From Tubiluchus corallicola (lineage: Eukaryota; Animalia; Priapulida): a DNA stretch of 64,000 nucleotides. The stretch is from the NCBI GenBank assembly GCA_030141605.1, contig JAQGDQ010000087.1:124001-188000 (forward strand). The letters are read 5' to 3'. The notes below the pieces were generated by a model. That model saw only the letters and a program-made list of their open reading frames with translations. It did no database searches and was not told the origin of the DNA. Of the stretch, positions 24,471 through 36,808 are shown one piece after another; the first letter of the stretch is position 1; each line of letters starts with the position of its first letter. The translations under genes and the position numbers were made by a program.

Positions 24471-27400
24471 GCTAATATTCAATCAGTTTTATCCTTAGTA
24501 GCTGAGTTGCAGTACCTTCGTGATTGTGGTTCAATATTCCCTGCTTCCGCCAGCTCCACTTGATATTCTTAACTTTGTCTGTTTTCTTTCAAACTTTTTG
24601 CTCTTATCATCTTGTTAAGGCTTGTTTGAAAATAGTTTTTTAGTCTTGACAGAACGGGACGTTACCCGGGACTTACCCCGCCGTGAAATTGAAACGTTCG
24701 ATTAATCTTTAGTTTTCTATAAACAGTTATTGGTTGCTGGTGCTTACTGACTCGGTTTCACTTTTCCAAAGTATGCAAACGGATTGATAATTGCTTGTAT
24801 GTATAAGATACACGCTTGCACTATACCCTTACTACAGCAGCAGCTGAGTGTAGCTGCTGGCTTGAAGTGGCTTCCGACTTGCCAGATGTCATGCATTTTT
24901 CCCTTTCACCCTGCATCCCATGTGTGCCGCGCTTCAACAGGGAATCCCTGAAGCAAAAGAATACATTTCTGGATTTAAGAATTCCCCGTGGAGCCATTAT
25001 AAATAATTGTGGGATACGCCTAATCGCGTGTTTAATAAGCAACGTGAGTCACAATAACAGGTCTTTTTAAGATTGCCACGTCGTGATTATTTCGCGTTTG
25101 CACAATCATACGCACGCATTTACGCTGTGTAAATCGCAATTCCAAAATTAATTTAATGATAGTCCAGTACTTCGAAAATCGAAATTTATATTCGAAGCAT
25201 GGAAACTACGAGCCTCCTATTTCTTAAAACATTAAGTGTTTTAATGCAGAAATATATAAAGCGCAATATTGTCCGCTGTTTCAACAAACTTTATTTTGAA
25301 GCAACGGACTTCAAAACATACCTAGTCTACAATGTTTTTGTTTATATTATTTATTATTTCTTTTTATTTTGAAATTCTGTTAGGCTCTCATCTTGAAGTT
25401 ATGGAGATAAGGATGTTTACATCAGTTATGCGTTTGCAATGTCATATAAACATAAATTATATGGAACAGATATGGGCCTGAAGAAATGCCACGGAATTTG
25501 TTAACATATGTATATGGTCGATTTGATTACCAGCTAAAAAAACTAACTATGACGTGCCTGAACCTTTTTTTAACTTTAACTGATTGAGTAAATCCTGCAA
25601 TATAGTCAATAAACGTAAACTTTTAAACGATTAGACTTCATTTGACTGATTTAATGTTTGTTATATGCCCAAAAACAACGAGCGGATTTTGTCACCAAAT
25701 ACATAATTATATAAGTCTTGAAAACTTGTGTTAAATGATGAGTGAATGTGCATGACTTGCTGAAAATATTTACTGCAGCATGGTATTTCGGTTCTGTGTG
25801 GTTATATTCTGCTATCGTACAGCTCTTTGCCTGGATACAGTGAATTCGCAAATACATGTTTATTGTTTCTGTAATTGCATTTTAACACCGACATTTTTCG
25901 CAAAGAGCTGAAAATTCAGTCTTTTCAACGAAAAGTTAAGGAGTTAGTTAGAAGGATGAGAAAAGTTGCGTTATTATAAGTCTCAGGTCTGCTGTCTATG
26001 TATTCACCTCCACCCCTCCCCCCAAATATGATATTTCACTAAATTAGTGCAAAGGCAGGTAAAGATTTTCTTATCTTTCACTACTTTATTGAAGGTATTA
26101 TTCTAAAATTTATACAGGATGTTGAATTTGTATGTTGTGCAGACCATTTTAAGACTCAACGCACTGTATACTTCGTGGATATGTTACTGTAGTAATTTTG
26201 CTTGGCCACTAATTGTTTTATCTTGTGTAAGCACTGCTCCTTAGCCAAATTAACATGAAATGGATAGCTACTGGACAGCGGTAATTCGAGATAACTAACC
26301 AACCGGACACTCGAACAGTTTGCGAACGTGTCTGTCTATCATATCAAACCCAACACGATATTATCTAGGCCGAGTAAATAGATTACGCAGCATCAGTGAG
26401 ACTCTAGTTGATCGAAAGTGCATATCATGGTTTATCAATGGCGAGAGGACTTCGTTAAATCTCAAAATCTCAGGCAGCAACGACTAACATACTTGTTAAC
26501 GAGATCATGTATTATAGACTCATTTACCTAAATGGTTATGTATTACCGTGATCAGTTTTGGTAATATATCTTGTTTTAAAGAAAATGGTCGCATTTTAAA
26601 CCGTTAGTATTTTAATATTCCAAATTGCCGGTAAATAGCCTCGTTACTAATTTTTCTTTGTTTTTGGTCTTAACTTGGTCTTTGCCGACTATTGTTAATT
26701 CTTAAATTTATGCCTACTTCTTATAGTTTTTTTGTTTGTAAGTATTTTGCAGTAATTAATTTGTCTGCAAAGAAGCACCGGTATTTAGTTTACTGCTTTC
26801 TTTACTACAAGAATTTCAGGAAACACCGCGGAAGGGGGTTTTCCGTTTACACGCTTTGCATGCGGTGAATGTGTTGAAGTCTGTCAATATTTGCCACTCG
26901 AGTCATGCAAATCGCAGATTTTGCTCGATAGCTTATAGTAAAAAGGTTCTCTCCGGCGGTGCGTAGTTTCACATTATCGACGCGTTGTCACGCGGCTATT
27001 GTTCGCGTCGTTAAAGCACTTGTCCCCATTCTTTCCCCGGGCTCGAATAAACACATCATTTTAGCCGTTAGCTGAAGAGTTTTAATACGTGTATTGTTTA
27101 CGCCCGTGCATTACGGTTGAAATTGCGTGAAGCCTCGCAGTTGCCGGAATCGATAGAACGAGCGAAGAAGCCGCGTAAAAAATAACAGCAGCGCCGTCGG
27201 GAAAAACTATTATGCGTGTCAGTTCCCAGGTCAGGGTCATAATTTAGTCTTTATGGCTTGATTTAATTGCATCGTACAGCATGGTGAAGGCGTGTGCTTT
27301 ATTGGCGCATTGAAAATTGGTATGCCACCAGCATTGCAGTAGTGGAGTAGTGACGAACAGCTACAAAAACCACACAATGGTTTCAGATGACTTTCTACTA

Positions 27401-28580
27401 AAAATTTCGTTTAAAATTTAAAAATTTTACGAATGGCTTTCTCCTAAATCACTATTTATTTGTTCCCTTTAGCATATTGTAATTGTGTTTCCTTTTATGT
27501 TTTTATGCTGACAGTACTTGTCGGCTTCACTCATTGCATTTTATACTGTATATTCTTGCATAAAATTATTCTAATCATTGCACCAGAACTAACTAAAAAT
27601 AAACTCGCCTTTTCCTAGTTTCGTGATTAATTCATGAGACAATTATCAGCCCTGGACATGGACACTGCAATACTCTTACTGCTATGCACGGTAGACAGTC
27701 TTTGGTTCTCAAGCAAATATTAAAGTTTAATTTTTTATACCGTGATTTTGTACAGTTATTATAATCTGTTTAAATTAGCAGCCTATTACGATATTCATTT
27801 GTATAATTATATAGATCTTGTTGTGCGATTTACAAAGTATTGTCCTTAACTAAAATGAGTAATATAGGAGTAAATATGTCGGAGATATCAAGATTAAGCG
27901 AAATCGTTTGGCATGATTACACGTCATAAGCACTGAAATGATGCAATATCCATCATTAAAGAATTTCACGTTTAACTGTCAGAGTCTAGAGTAAACTTCC
28001 AGGCCTCAGACGACAGCTAAAAGATCTGAGCAGCTAGTTTGAACGAAACCCTCCAGCTATTTCAATCTCATAAATTTCATCTGACGAGCGTCTTTGCCAT
28101 GAGAGTTGAAGAAACTTGAGCTATTCGTTTCATCAGGCCGATATTTGCATATATTATTTTCATGGGACGCCGATGTTTATTTTACGCAATGGATTATATC
28201 AATTCTCTCTAGTAGGCAAGAACCCAGGATTTACTCACCCTAACAGCAGTAGTAAACACAGTATAAAACACGAAACATTTACATACAAAATAATAACTGA
28301 ATTTTTTAACCACTTTAATTTTTGGTGCCAAATGTAAATATAAATTGAACAGTTTGACCATGCGAATTTTTGCACAGTAATCAACGCATCCTGTCTTAAA
28401 AACTACGTTTGAACTGCTTTGCTGCACAGCGGTTTCTATCCGTGACTGTTTTAATAAACCGTTTTCATTTCACATTTGTCGAGAACCGAAATTCTGCGAT
28501 ATCTTTTTATTAAACAGATGTTGGGAATATTTCTTTCTTGTAATGCATAACTTGTTATCATTTAAAAGCATATAAATTAG

Positions 28581-28800
28581 AAGTGGACTCGAACCCATGG
28601 CATTCTGGTTTTCGGGTAGCTATGCTAACAATTACGCCACAGAGATACTCTGACTCGGAAATTTACACATAAACTCAACGAATAACCACACTCCACTCTG
28701 TATGAAGACCTAGTACGAAATCGTTCACATAAAGGCACAGAAGCAATACTAAATTTTAAGTCTGAAAAATTTTGCACCGCCACGGACTCGAATCAACTTA
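28581..28800 (-). mobile_element. tRNA-derived SINE head(s)
   Basis: The minus strand of 28581-28645 has an A-box-like TGGCGTAATTG and B-box GGTTCGAGTCC. A second B-box-like GATTCGAGTCC lies at about 28784-28794. No clean cloverleaf. Confidence 0.6.
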
Positions 28801-28869
28801 GTGGCCAGTTTGAACTCAGCGTTTTGACCGTAATACAGTATGGATACCGCTATTACTACATATTACTAA

Positions 28870-29050
28870 AGTTACAGGAAAAAATCACGGTGAAAGTCAC
28901 GACTTTGGCTAGGAGTAAAGTCGCAGGAACAAACTCACTATTAATTTTGACTGGGGTTATGGTTAGGATTAGAGGTTAAGGTTAGATTAGGGTTAGGGGT
29001 AGAGCTATTTCTTTTTTCTGCACCTTTTTTCCTGTGACTTTATTACCTGA
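28870..29050. mobile_element. Small non-autonomous element with inverted AAAGTCAC/GTGACTTT motifs around degenerate (TTAGG/TTAGGG)n
   Basis: gaaagtcac and taaagtcgcagga on the left, tcctgtgacttta on the right, and a central ggttaggattagaggttaaggttagattagggttagg. Confidence 0.5.
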
Positions 29051-31218
29051 ATTTATATATAAACTTTATTTTAAGTGGATAGACATACAACAGTAATATT
29101 ATTGATCGGAAATTTTCAACTGTGCAACAAACACATTTTAGTTAAATTCATATAGTATGGCCTATTTTTTCCTATATCACTGTTCTAGTTGCTATTTTTA
29201 TGATTGTTTACTATAGAATGGAAACAGATTCTGTCGCTCCCTTTTGCTGTTTTATTTCATTGACGTTAAAACGGATAAAATCAGAGTTTTTAGTTTGGTT
29301 CTGCTGCATTTGTAACAGTTAGCAGTGTTCTCGTGGCTGTGGCGATTACGCGTACAAAATGAATTGATGATTAATCTACGTGCTGAAACTGTGCTAAATG
29401 AGTAATTTCGCAAAAGCTTTGCATGTCACTGCATAAGTCACCTATAATATAACTTGTCAGAATTAATGAGTCTCAAAATGGAAATAGGCTTGTTCGCTTA
29501 CCGCCGCGCTTTTATTCGTGCAGTGATGTATGGTAGTACTAAGGGTTATTGGTAGCCACTATTACGATGTTTATAATAACGAACGTTGATTGATCAAGCT
29601 GTACTACATATTTACTGTGCTTTTATTATTTAAAGGCCTTTCGTCTATGCAGACTGCGAAAATTAAAATGCTTCATTTTACTGTACCATGCTTGCTCTGC
29701 ATATTTGTGGGTGACCTGTTCATTGGTTTTTTTGGTTATGTTTTACTTAGCTTTCGGTGACTTTTTTGTGCCTTTTTGGGGTTCTCAAAGCCTGTTGGTC
29801 CTTTGGTCCCTCACCCTAATGTTGTTGCCGCTGATCTATCAGCAGCTGTGGAGTTCTTGGTTAATGTTAGGGTATAGGTTAGAGTTCGGCGCGATTTTCC
29901 TTTAAAAAATTCATTTTTTGGTAGAGAAAAATCAGTTTATTGGAACCAGTTTGTGAGTCTTGAGCAAATAAGCTGAGAGATTTGAAAGTCGAGATCTGCT
30001 TGACGTGGACGACAGTGCTACAAAATGACCAAAAAAATTGTTCAGATGCCAGCTGAACGGTAGGCCATAGACAGAGTTTGAACACATTAAATGAATGTTA
30101 TTTATGTTGTTTATACAGGAGGCAGTAAAGTTGTCGCTACATTCGCTTGTCTACATTCTGTGCGTGATGTAGATGACGTATATGATTTTCAAGTCTTGAT
30201 GAGTTTCTTTACACTAATGAGCATTTGCGACTTTTACAGTTGGCGCAAGATCAAGAAGAATGTGAGATGTTTGAAAAAAATTAATGGAAATCCGATTCTG
30301 TTAAAGTGTAATTTATGCATTTCTGTAATTAAATCATCACAAGAACGAAATCACAAAACCCTGAAAATTGCCTCCATGTGCGTTTGCGTCCATTTTAAAA
30401 CGCTTGCTTCAACTTGTCTGCGCTTAAATTTCGTCACAACTAAAGCAGAATGTGGTTTCCTGTTTACTGTGATACGAAACACGTGTTTGGCAATTTCTGG
30501 CCGTGTAGTCGCTCATTAAACGTTGTTTATTTTTAGGGGCCTTTATTTGTTTGCAATTGATATTTTAGTCTCAACGTTGTAGCTTGCACAAAGTATTAAC
30601 TTCTCACCCAGTCATCTCGACCTGTATATCCCGCCTCTACTAGAAACTGTAGCTTTTCTCAGGCTTTTCATACAAGAACATTTTTCGCAAATATTTTGCC
30701 GCATTTTCATATCCGTTTCCTAGGCCAGCAGAATGCCGAACTTTCGTATTTATTTAGTGCTTAACTAATCTGTGAATTTGACACCGAGTACGTGCATGTT
30801 CTCAGGTGCAGTTGAGCGCACAGGTGGGAGAATACCTGCGTATTACTCCTATATCCTATAATAAGTGCACGCATACATACAGACGTGATGACTTTTTGAG
30901 TTTGTACTTCCTCTTGTAATTTCACTGTTTTGGTCAAACTTTTTTCCTAAATGAACTTGTTCAAGTAACTGAACCTTTTTCATGTTCAAGGTTAAAGCTA
31001 ATCATGCCAAGTTCATTTTAATGCACATGAAGGCAATATCCACGCAGTTAGTATGCGTTAGGATTTTTTTACTAAACCAAATTAATTCCTCAGTAAATGA
31101 ATTATACCACGAAGTATGAAAATTCGCGCGTTTTTAAACTCGCATTTGCTTAAAATGAATGTTTGAATCAGATGTCCTATTTTTTCATATTTTTAAAATA
31201 AATAAACACACTATTATA

Positions 31219-31480
31219 GGGAAATAGTTGAGTATCCGTGACGTGTGTTTAGCAACCGAAGTTAAGCAGTATTGTTCTGTGGTAAATGTAGTTAGTAGAT
31301 AGATGGTCGACTAATAGAGGAATCCAAGCGATTTTGCTTGCCATAATTGCTTACCGCTATTTGTCTTGCTGGGAGAAGTTGTATGTGCATTCGAACGTGG
31401 CTAAAATGTCTCAGATGGTCCAGTATCTCATTGTAGCAGATTATCCTTCAATACGTTCCAGTTTTGCCACAACCGTCTAC
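31219..31480 (+). mobile_element. 5S rRNA-derived SINE (SINE3-like) remnant
   Basis: ACCGAAGTTAAGCA...GTTAGTA...GATGG..GAC...GGAA follows the order of the 5S internal control region. The body shares GGGA..TGTAT..CATTCGAACG with the 41.8-kb copy. Confidence 0.6.
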
Positions 31481-32690
31481 ATTATCCGCTGTTCTGTGCT
31501 GCATGTCAATTCGCAGTGCGCAAAATTAGTTTTCATGTCAAAATTTTTCATTAGAAACAGAAGTGAACGTATTTTGTGTGTATTAGTGTTTTTTGTCTAA
31601 TTTTTATGATTTTTTCAAATTTTATAATAATATAAACAAAATTTTGCATATGATGCATTGCATTTTTAAGGCAAGCCTGATTTACCGTTTTTCAATCGCA
31701 GCGAGCTAAAGTAGCAATGTACTTGTGTATATTACTAGCGACCAATTTTTAAGGGGTCATTTCAGATTTAAAAGATATCATTTCATCAGTCCAGCAAACT
31801 GCTGGAGATAATTCTTTGCCTGGTCAACAGTGGTTCGAGGTCTCGGAACTGGCTATAGCCAGCACTCATTGTTTGAGTAAATTCCTTCAATGCAAAGGTC
31901 AATATTGCAGCACGCATATTGTACCTGTTATTTGAAGTGAAGATACAGCACGTACTAAATGAGGAGGCAGGACTATATTTTGTGATCCTTTGAGAAATTA
32001 AGTGTGGTTATCTTTCGCATTATTTGTGCAACTTTGCTGACTTTGGTTCCCAGTGTGTGCTTACTGCCTACACCTACAATTAAATACAGTTTTATTAATT
32101 AAATTGCATGCCCGAGACGCTGACTGGAAGCACCCCTTCATGACCCCTGCATGATTTTCTTCAATCGCCTGCACGAGTACTGCATTCCATGGAGGACATA
32201 GTTTGTTTGTCAGCACTTAATGCCATGCTTTTTGCCCCACCGGGTGAATACATTGTTACCCGAACAGTTGCTCATAGCATGTTAGTTTAGGCACACAAGT
32301 AGTAAATACTCTGTTTTTGAAATCAGCGGATCTATACCAACCATAAAAATTAAACCAAATTTCAGAAAAATAGTACGTGTATACTAATTTTAAATTTCCT
32401 ATTGCAAATTAGTTAATAAAATATATATGCACATACTCGGTGTCACAATCATCTACCTGTCAGTATTGAAATTTTATTTTAAATTAAAGTTCACTGTTTA
32501 CATTTCATTTTTGAGTTACATAAGCTGAGTGGAAAACAGAAATTTCAAACACATTAGATCATCTGTACTTTAAAACTGTTTTTACACTCTTCAAAAGTGT
32601 AAGGTCTTCTGAATTGTGGCTGTTTGTGCATGCCATCAAAAGAATAATGGTGGTGCAGTGCCCGTCGTCATTGCCTCGACACTGCGCCTA

Positions 32691-33124
32691 GCGGCCATCC
32701 ACGTATAACGATATCAAGTTTAGGGTAAGTAAGTGGCAGGAGACGTGATAACGCCATTATAGCGCAAGGCAGGTAGATGATTTAATCATGATATCGTTAT
32801 CTGATTTCATGCTTTTTTCAACTTCACACGGCGGTTGTAATCGGCCGTGAGGAGGAGGAAACCTGCAGAATGAGTTCAGTGAATTGGGGGTGCCACCCCC
32901 TCCACCGCCGATGCTAGTAGAATCCCCTGATGGTTTTCCGTTAATTAACACAATGACGTTGTTGCCTTGGGAGGAGGAAGAATAAAATGTACAAAAACCT
33001 ACGTTGGTGTTATATCGATATCAACATAAGGGGGTGGGGCATATGATAACACCACTATAACGCAAGGTAGGTACGTCCTCGAAATCGGCCGAAAACTTGA
33101 TATCGTTATATGTGGATGGCCCCC
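32691..33124. mobile_element. MITE with 29-bp TIRs, PIF/Harbinger-like
   Basis: GGCCATCCACGTATAACGATATCAAGTTT (32693-32721) vs AAACTTGATATCGTTATATGTGGATGGCC (33093-33121), one mismatch. Internal repeats cca.tata.cgcaagg.aggta. TA on both flanks. Confidence 0.85.
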
Positions 33125-36100
33125 TACTGCAAATGAAAGAGTTGACAACCTAGTCGAACTATGAAAGATAGAGAGTCTAAACATACTGTAAATTAAATAC
33201 AATAGCTTAGAACCCATAGAAAAATGTCGCGGATGCACGCCTAGTCCTTTTTTATATTTGCACCTTGTAGCAAAACAAAGCGATGGATTTTAATAGTGCA
33301 TTTACAGTTTAGTTGAAATTCGATCAGTCATTGGCATGAAAAAACTCCCTTGCTTGCATTCCTTGATTGTGTACGCCTCAACAACTTCTCTTGTTTTTCT
33401 CTCTCTGAATTTACCGTCTTTGTCACTCACTTCCCTGTAATTTTATGTTGGCAAATTTTTGCACGCTAGGAAGCCGTACAGTATGCATTATACACATTAT
33501 CATGCAATTTTTGAATGGAGCTGCAAATTTTCTGGGCATTTCCCATGAGTTGCTTATAATGTCACAGCAGCAGATAGATCGGTCTTACCTTGGGACGAAG
33601 CAATATAAAAGTTACTTGTATATGCGATGACTTAATGCTTTTAGTAACCTGTCAGTAGTACTCCATAATGTTGGAACGTGTAACAATACAACTCTAGGTG
33701 AATATTTACTTAGGTATTTTGTTACATGTTTTAATGCTTTTTATGTAAAAATTTTACTTATAATTTGGTCTGTTTTTACCAACTTTTCGTTTTTAGCCGA
33801 CCTGAAAGTTGACTTAAAATAAAACTCGTTCTCTGAAGCAACAGTGATGTATGTATGCACTTGTATACAATATACATTTATTTGCACGTACGTGTATACA
33901 ATACAAGTGTTCTGCTTGCTTATGTTGCGGCTGCATTCACAATTACGCAATGAGTGGATAAGTTTTTGATGTTTGAGATGGAGTCGACAAAAAGCAGGAA
34001 CGCTATAACCACTTGAACTTCTTCCCTTCGCTCAAACCATGCTATTAAGATTCGTTTAGTTTTTCTCCCCGTGTCTCTTGTATTTTGGTGTAGAAGGGTT
34101 GTTAGCGTTTGTTTGAGTGTGCTTTGTAATCCCCTTCCGTTGCGGTAGTAGTAATCACTGCATGCCTGCCGCTGAGCGGCTTTCTTCAGCTCCTAATGGC
34201 TTCTAATATAGACAAATTGTTAAAAATTGGTTGTAGGAGACTAATTGCATTGACACGCAATCGTTTTCGATTCGTCTAATTACCGGAAGTGCTGTCTGCG
34301 CCGCGCGTCGGATGCGTCCGATTTTTCCGGCACTTCGTCGCCCTTTATAATTTTTTTCCCGCGTATTACATCTCCACCTGGCCCCTGGTAATTACCCGAT
34401 AAGTGACCTTTGCTTGGTGGTTGCTGAATTAAAAATCAGTTTTGTCTAATTCGCTAAGGTTGTAATCCTTTTTAAGAAAGTTTTCTATTAATTTTAGGAC
34501 AGCCCATTGATTGTCCAGTCGCCTATAAAACATGCATATATATTCCTATAAATAACATGTTACACGAATTTAGTTAATGAATAAGCGAGGCAAGATTTTA
34601 GATGAACATCCTGAACTGGCAAAATGTCATTAATTTAAAAGATATTTATTAAAAGACAAGCGCAAAGTGAAACGAATGAAAAAGGTACAAACCAGCATTA
34701 CAACTCGAAAACTGGCACAGGGTTTATCACGTATGTGCAGAGTGAGTTGACCCCAAGACCGTTACGAAGTCCTCCGCCTAAATTCGTTCAGACGAGCATA
34801 CATGATTATCGTACATATATTCCATGCATGTGTTCTATTTCTTGAATGAGGTGGAATCATTTTGATAATTTCTAAGCTTTGTATCGAATTGGATTAAGTT
34901 TTAATAAAACAACAAACTAATGCTGCCTTCTAAAACTTTTACTTGTAATTTTAATCGCCTACACCAGAATTTCGTAAGACGTGTGCCTAATTAATTCGTT
35001 CTTATATGCGTGGCTAGGGTTATCTGACATTGTGATATAAACTACAAAAATTTGTATCGTTTCTGTGAATATCTGAAAAAAAACTCGTTAAGATTTAGCT
35101 GCACAAAATTTTGGTGGACATGTCCTTGACTCTAATAGTAAAATTGGCTTGGTTTAACAATTTGAAGTGAAGTGATTGTGTTGAAAATTGCATTTTGCTT
35201 TCACGCACTTTACATGAACATTTTCAATGAGATTTTTATCACATTTGCTAAGAAGTCGCTTCGCGTAAATGTGCGTAAAAGCACTAAAACATACGTTTGG
35301 AAGACTAATGTATATGGGATTTGTTTTCTATATATAACTGTTCAACGCACTCTTTTCAAAGGTACTTAAAACGTGAAATAAAATATGATGAAGAGAATTT
35401 TTGCTTCTCTTTAAAAGCTTGCCGAAGTTTCAACAATTTTTCTTTTTTTAAATGTTGTTTTTTCAAAGATTGTGATTGCCTGTCACTTTGTTACACTATG
35501 TTACACCGTCTCTGAGCTTAAGACTATGTGAGTCATACATACATCCAAAAACATAAATTCTGCTTATCATATGTTGGATCTATTAGCGCCTCTGATAATG
35601 AAATGTAAGTTAACCAATGGCGGCGGTCTTGATGAAATGTATTTTTTCTCAAATCGTATATATATATTTATATTTCAAATAGCATCCCAATATTGCTGCA
35701 TAATAATTTTTGTATTCTGTCCCTGTACTACATGCATGCACATGAAACAATACCAACAGTTTTTATTTGTGCAAATTGCGCCTGTAAAGATCCCAATTGT
35801 TGCTTGTATGTTGTAGGCCGCTGGTTAAAGCCTGTAGTTATATCAGTAACATTGTACATCTTCTAGTAAGTAAACATGTAACTGATTACTTCAATGTTTG
35901 TCAAAGCGAAATCCGTGTTTTTGTAAACATGTCGAATTTTTGTTGCACGCGCGACCTTGCTACAGTAGAAACTTTACTGAAGGCAGGAGTTGGTAAAAAA
36001 ATCATAATTTTGTCAATTTTTTTATTACAGGCACTTAAAAACATTTATAGTTAAAATACCACAACTTTATCAAAACTTTTAGTTCCTAATTTCTAAATAA

Positions 36101-36586
36101 TTAAAAGTTTTAATGAAGTTGTGGTGTTTTAAGCGTGATTTTGTTTTATAAGATAATCGGATTTCTATTTCAATGATTTATTTCTAGCAATGTAAATTTT
36201 CACCAGTCGTTAGACAGTGGCACCATAACTGTTCAATAGTGCATTAGAAGGGAAAGCTGGGCATTTTTAGCTGTTGTCACTTTCATGTCGTTTTTCGAGT
36301 CAAGTCGCAACGATTGGTGGTAGTTTTACAGCATTTTGTAATATTGTCAGTTGATACCACTTACGCTATTAACTCGTCATTTCATGGAGAAAACAGGCTT
36401 AGCCATTTGTGAAATGGCATATAGGCAGGACAAAGTAAACGCAAAAGTAAAATCAGTAGTGTTTTTATATAAACTTTATTTATTTTAAGTGGATTTAGTC
36501 TGTAGGGTGATAGACTGTTAATAGGACGAACAGGCTTAACGGATAACGAGGAAAGAACGAAAAACGATAAGAACCGAGTATAAAAC

Positions 36587-36590
<4 letters not shown>

Positions 36591-36619
<29 letters not shown>

Positions 36620-36808
36620 TGTATGTATGTATGTATGTATGTATGTATGTATGTATGTATGTATGTATGTATGTATGTATGTATGTATGTATGTATGTAT
36701 GTATGTATGTATGTATGTATGTATGTATGTATGTATGTATGTATGTATGTATGTATGTATGTATGTATGTATGTATGTATGTATGTATGCATGTATGTAT
36801 ATGTATGT
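36591..36808. repeat. (ATGT)n microsatellite, about 50 near-perfect units
   Basis: Directly visible. Confidence 0.99.

Noticed and set aside
28581-28645. Functional tRNA gene
   Set aside because: A and B boxes are present, but acceptor and anticodon stems do not pair convincingly; SINE or pseudogene is more likely.
30091-30519. Longest ORF in the track (142 aa) and neighbouring 29879-30085
   Set aside because: No recognisable domain, composition typical of translated AT-rich non-coding DNA, no exon boundaries. A faint GIY-YIG-like impression for 29879-30085 could not be supported.
31250-31325. Functional 5S rRNA gene (also at 41.8, 45.7 and 61.6 kb)
   Set aside because: Only the internal segment is present, heavily diverged, with no 5' end or terminator in place.
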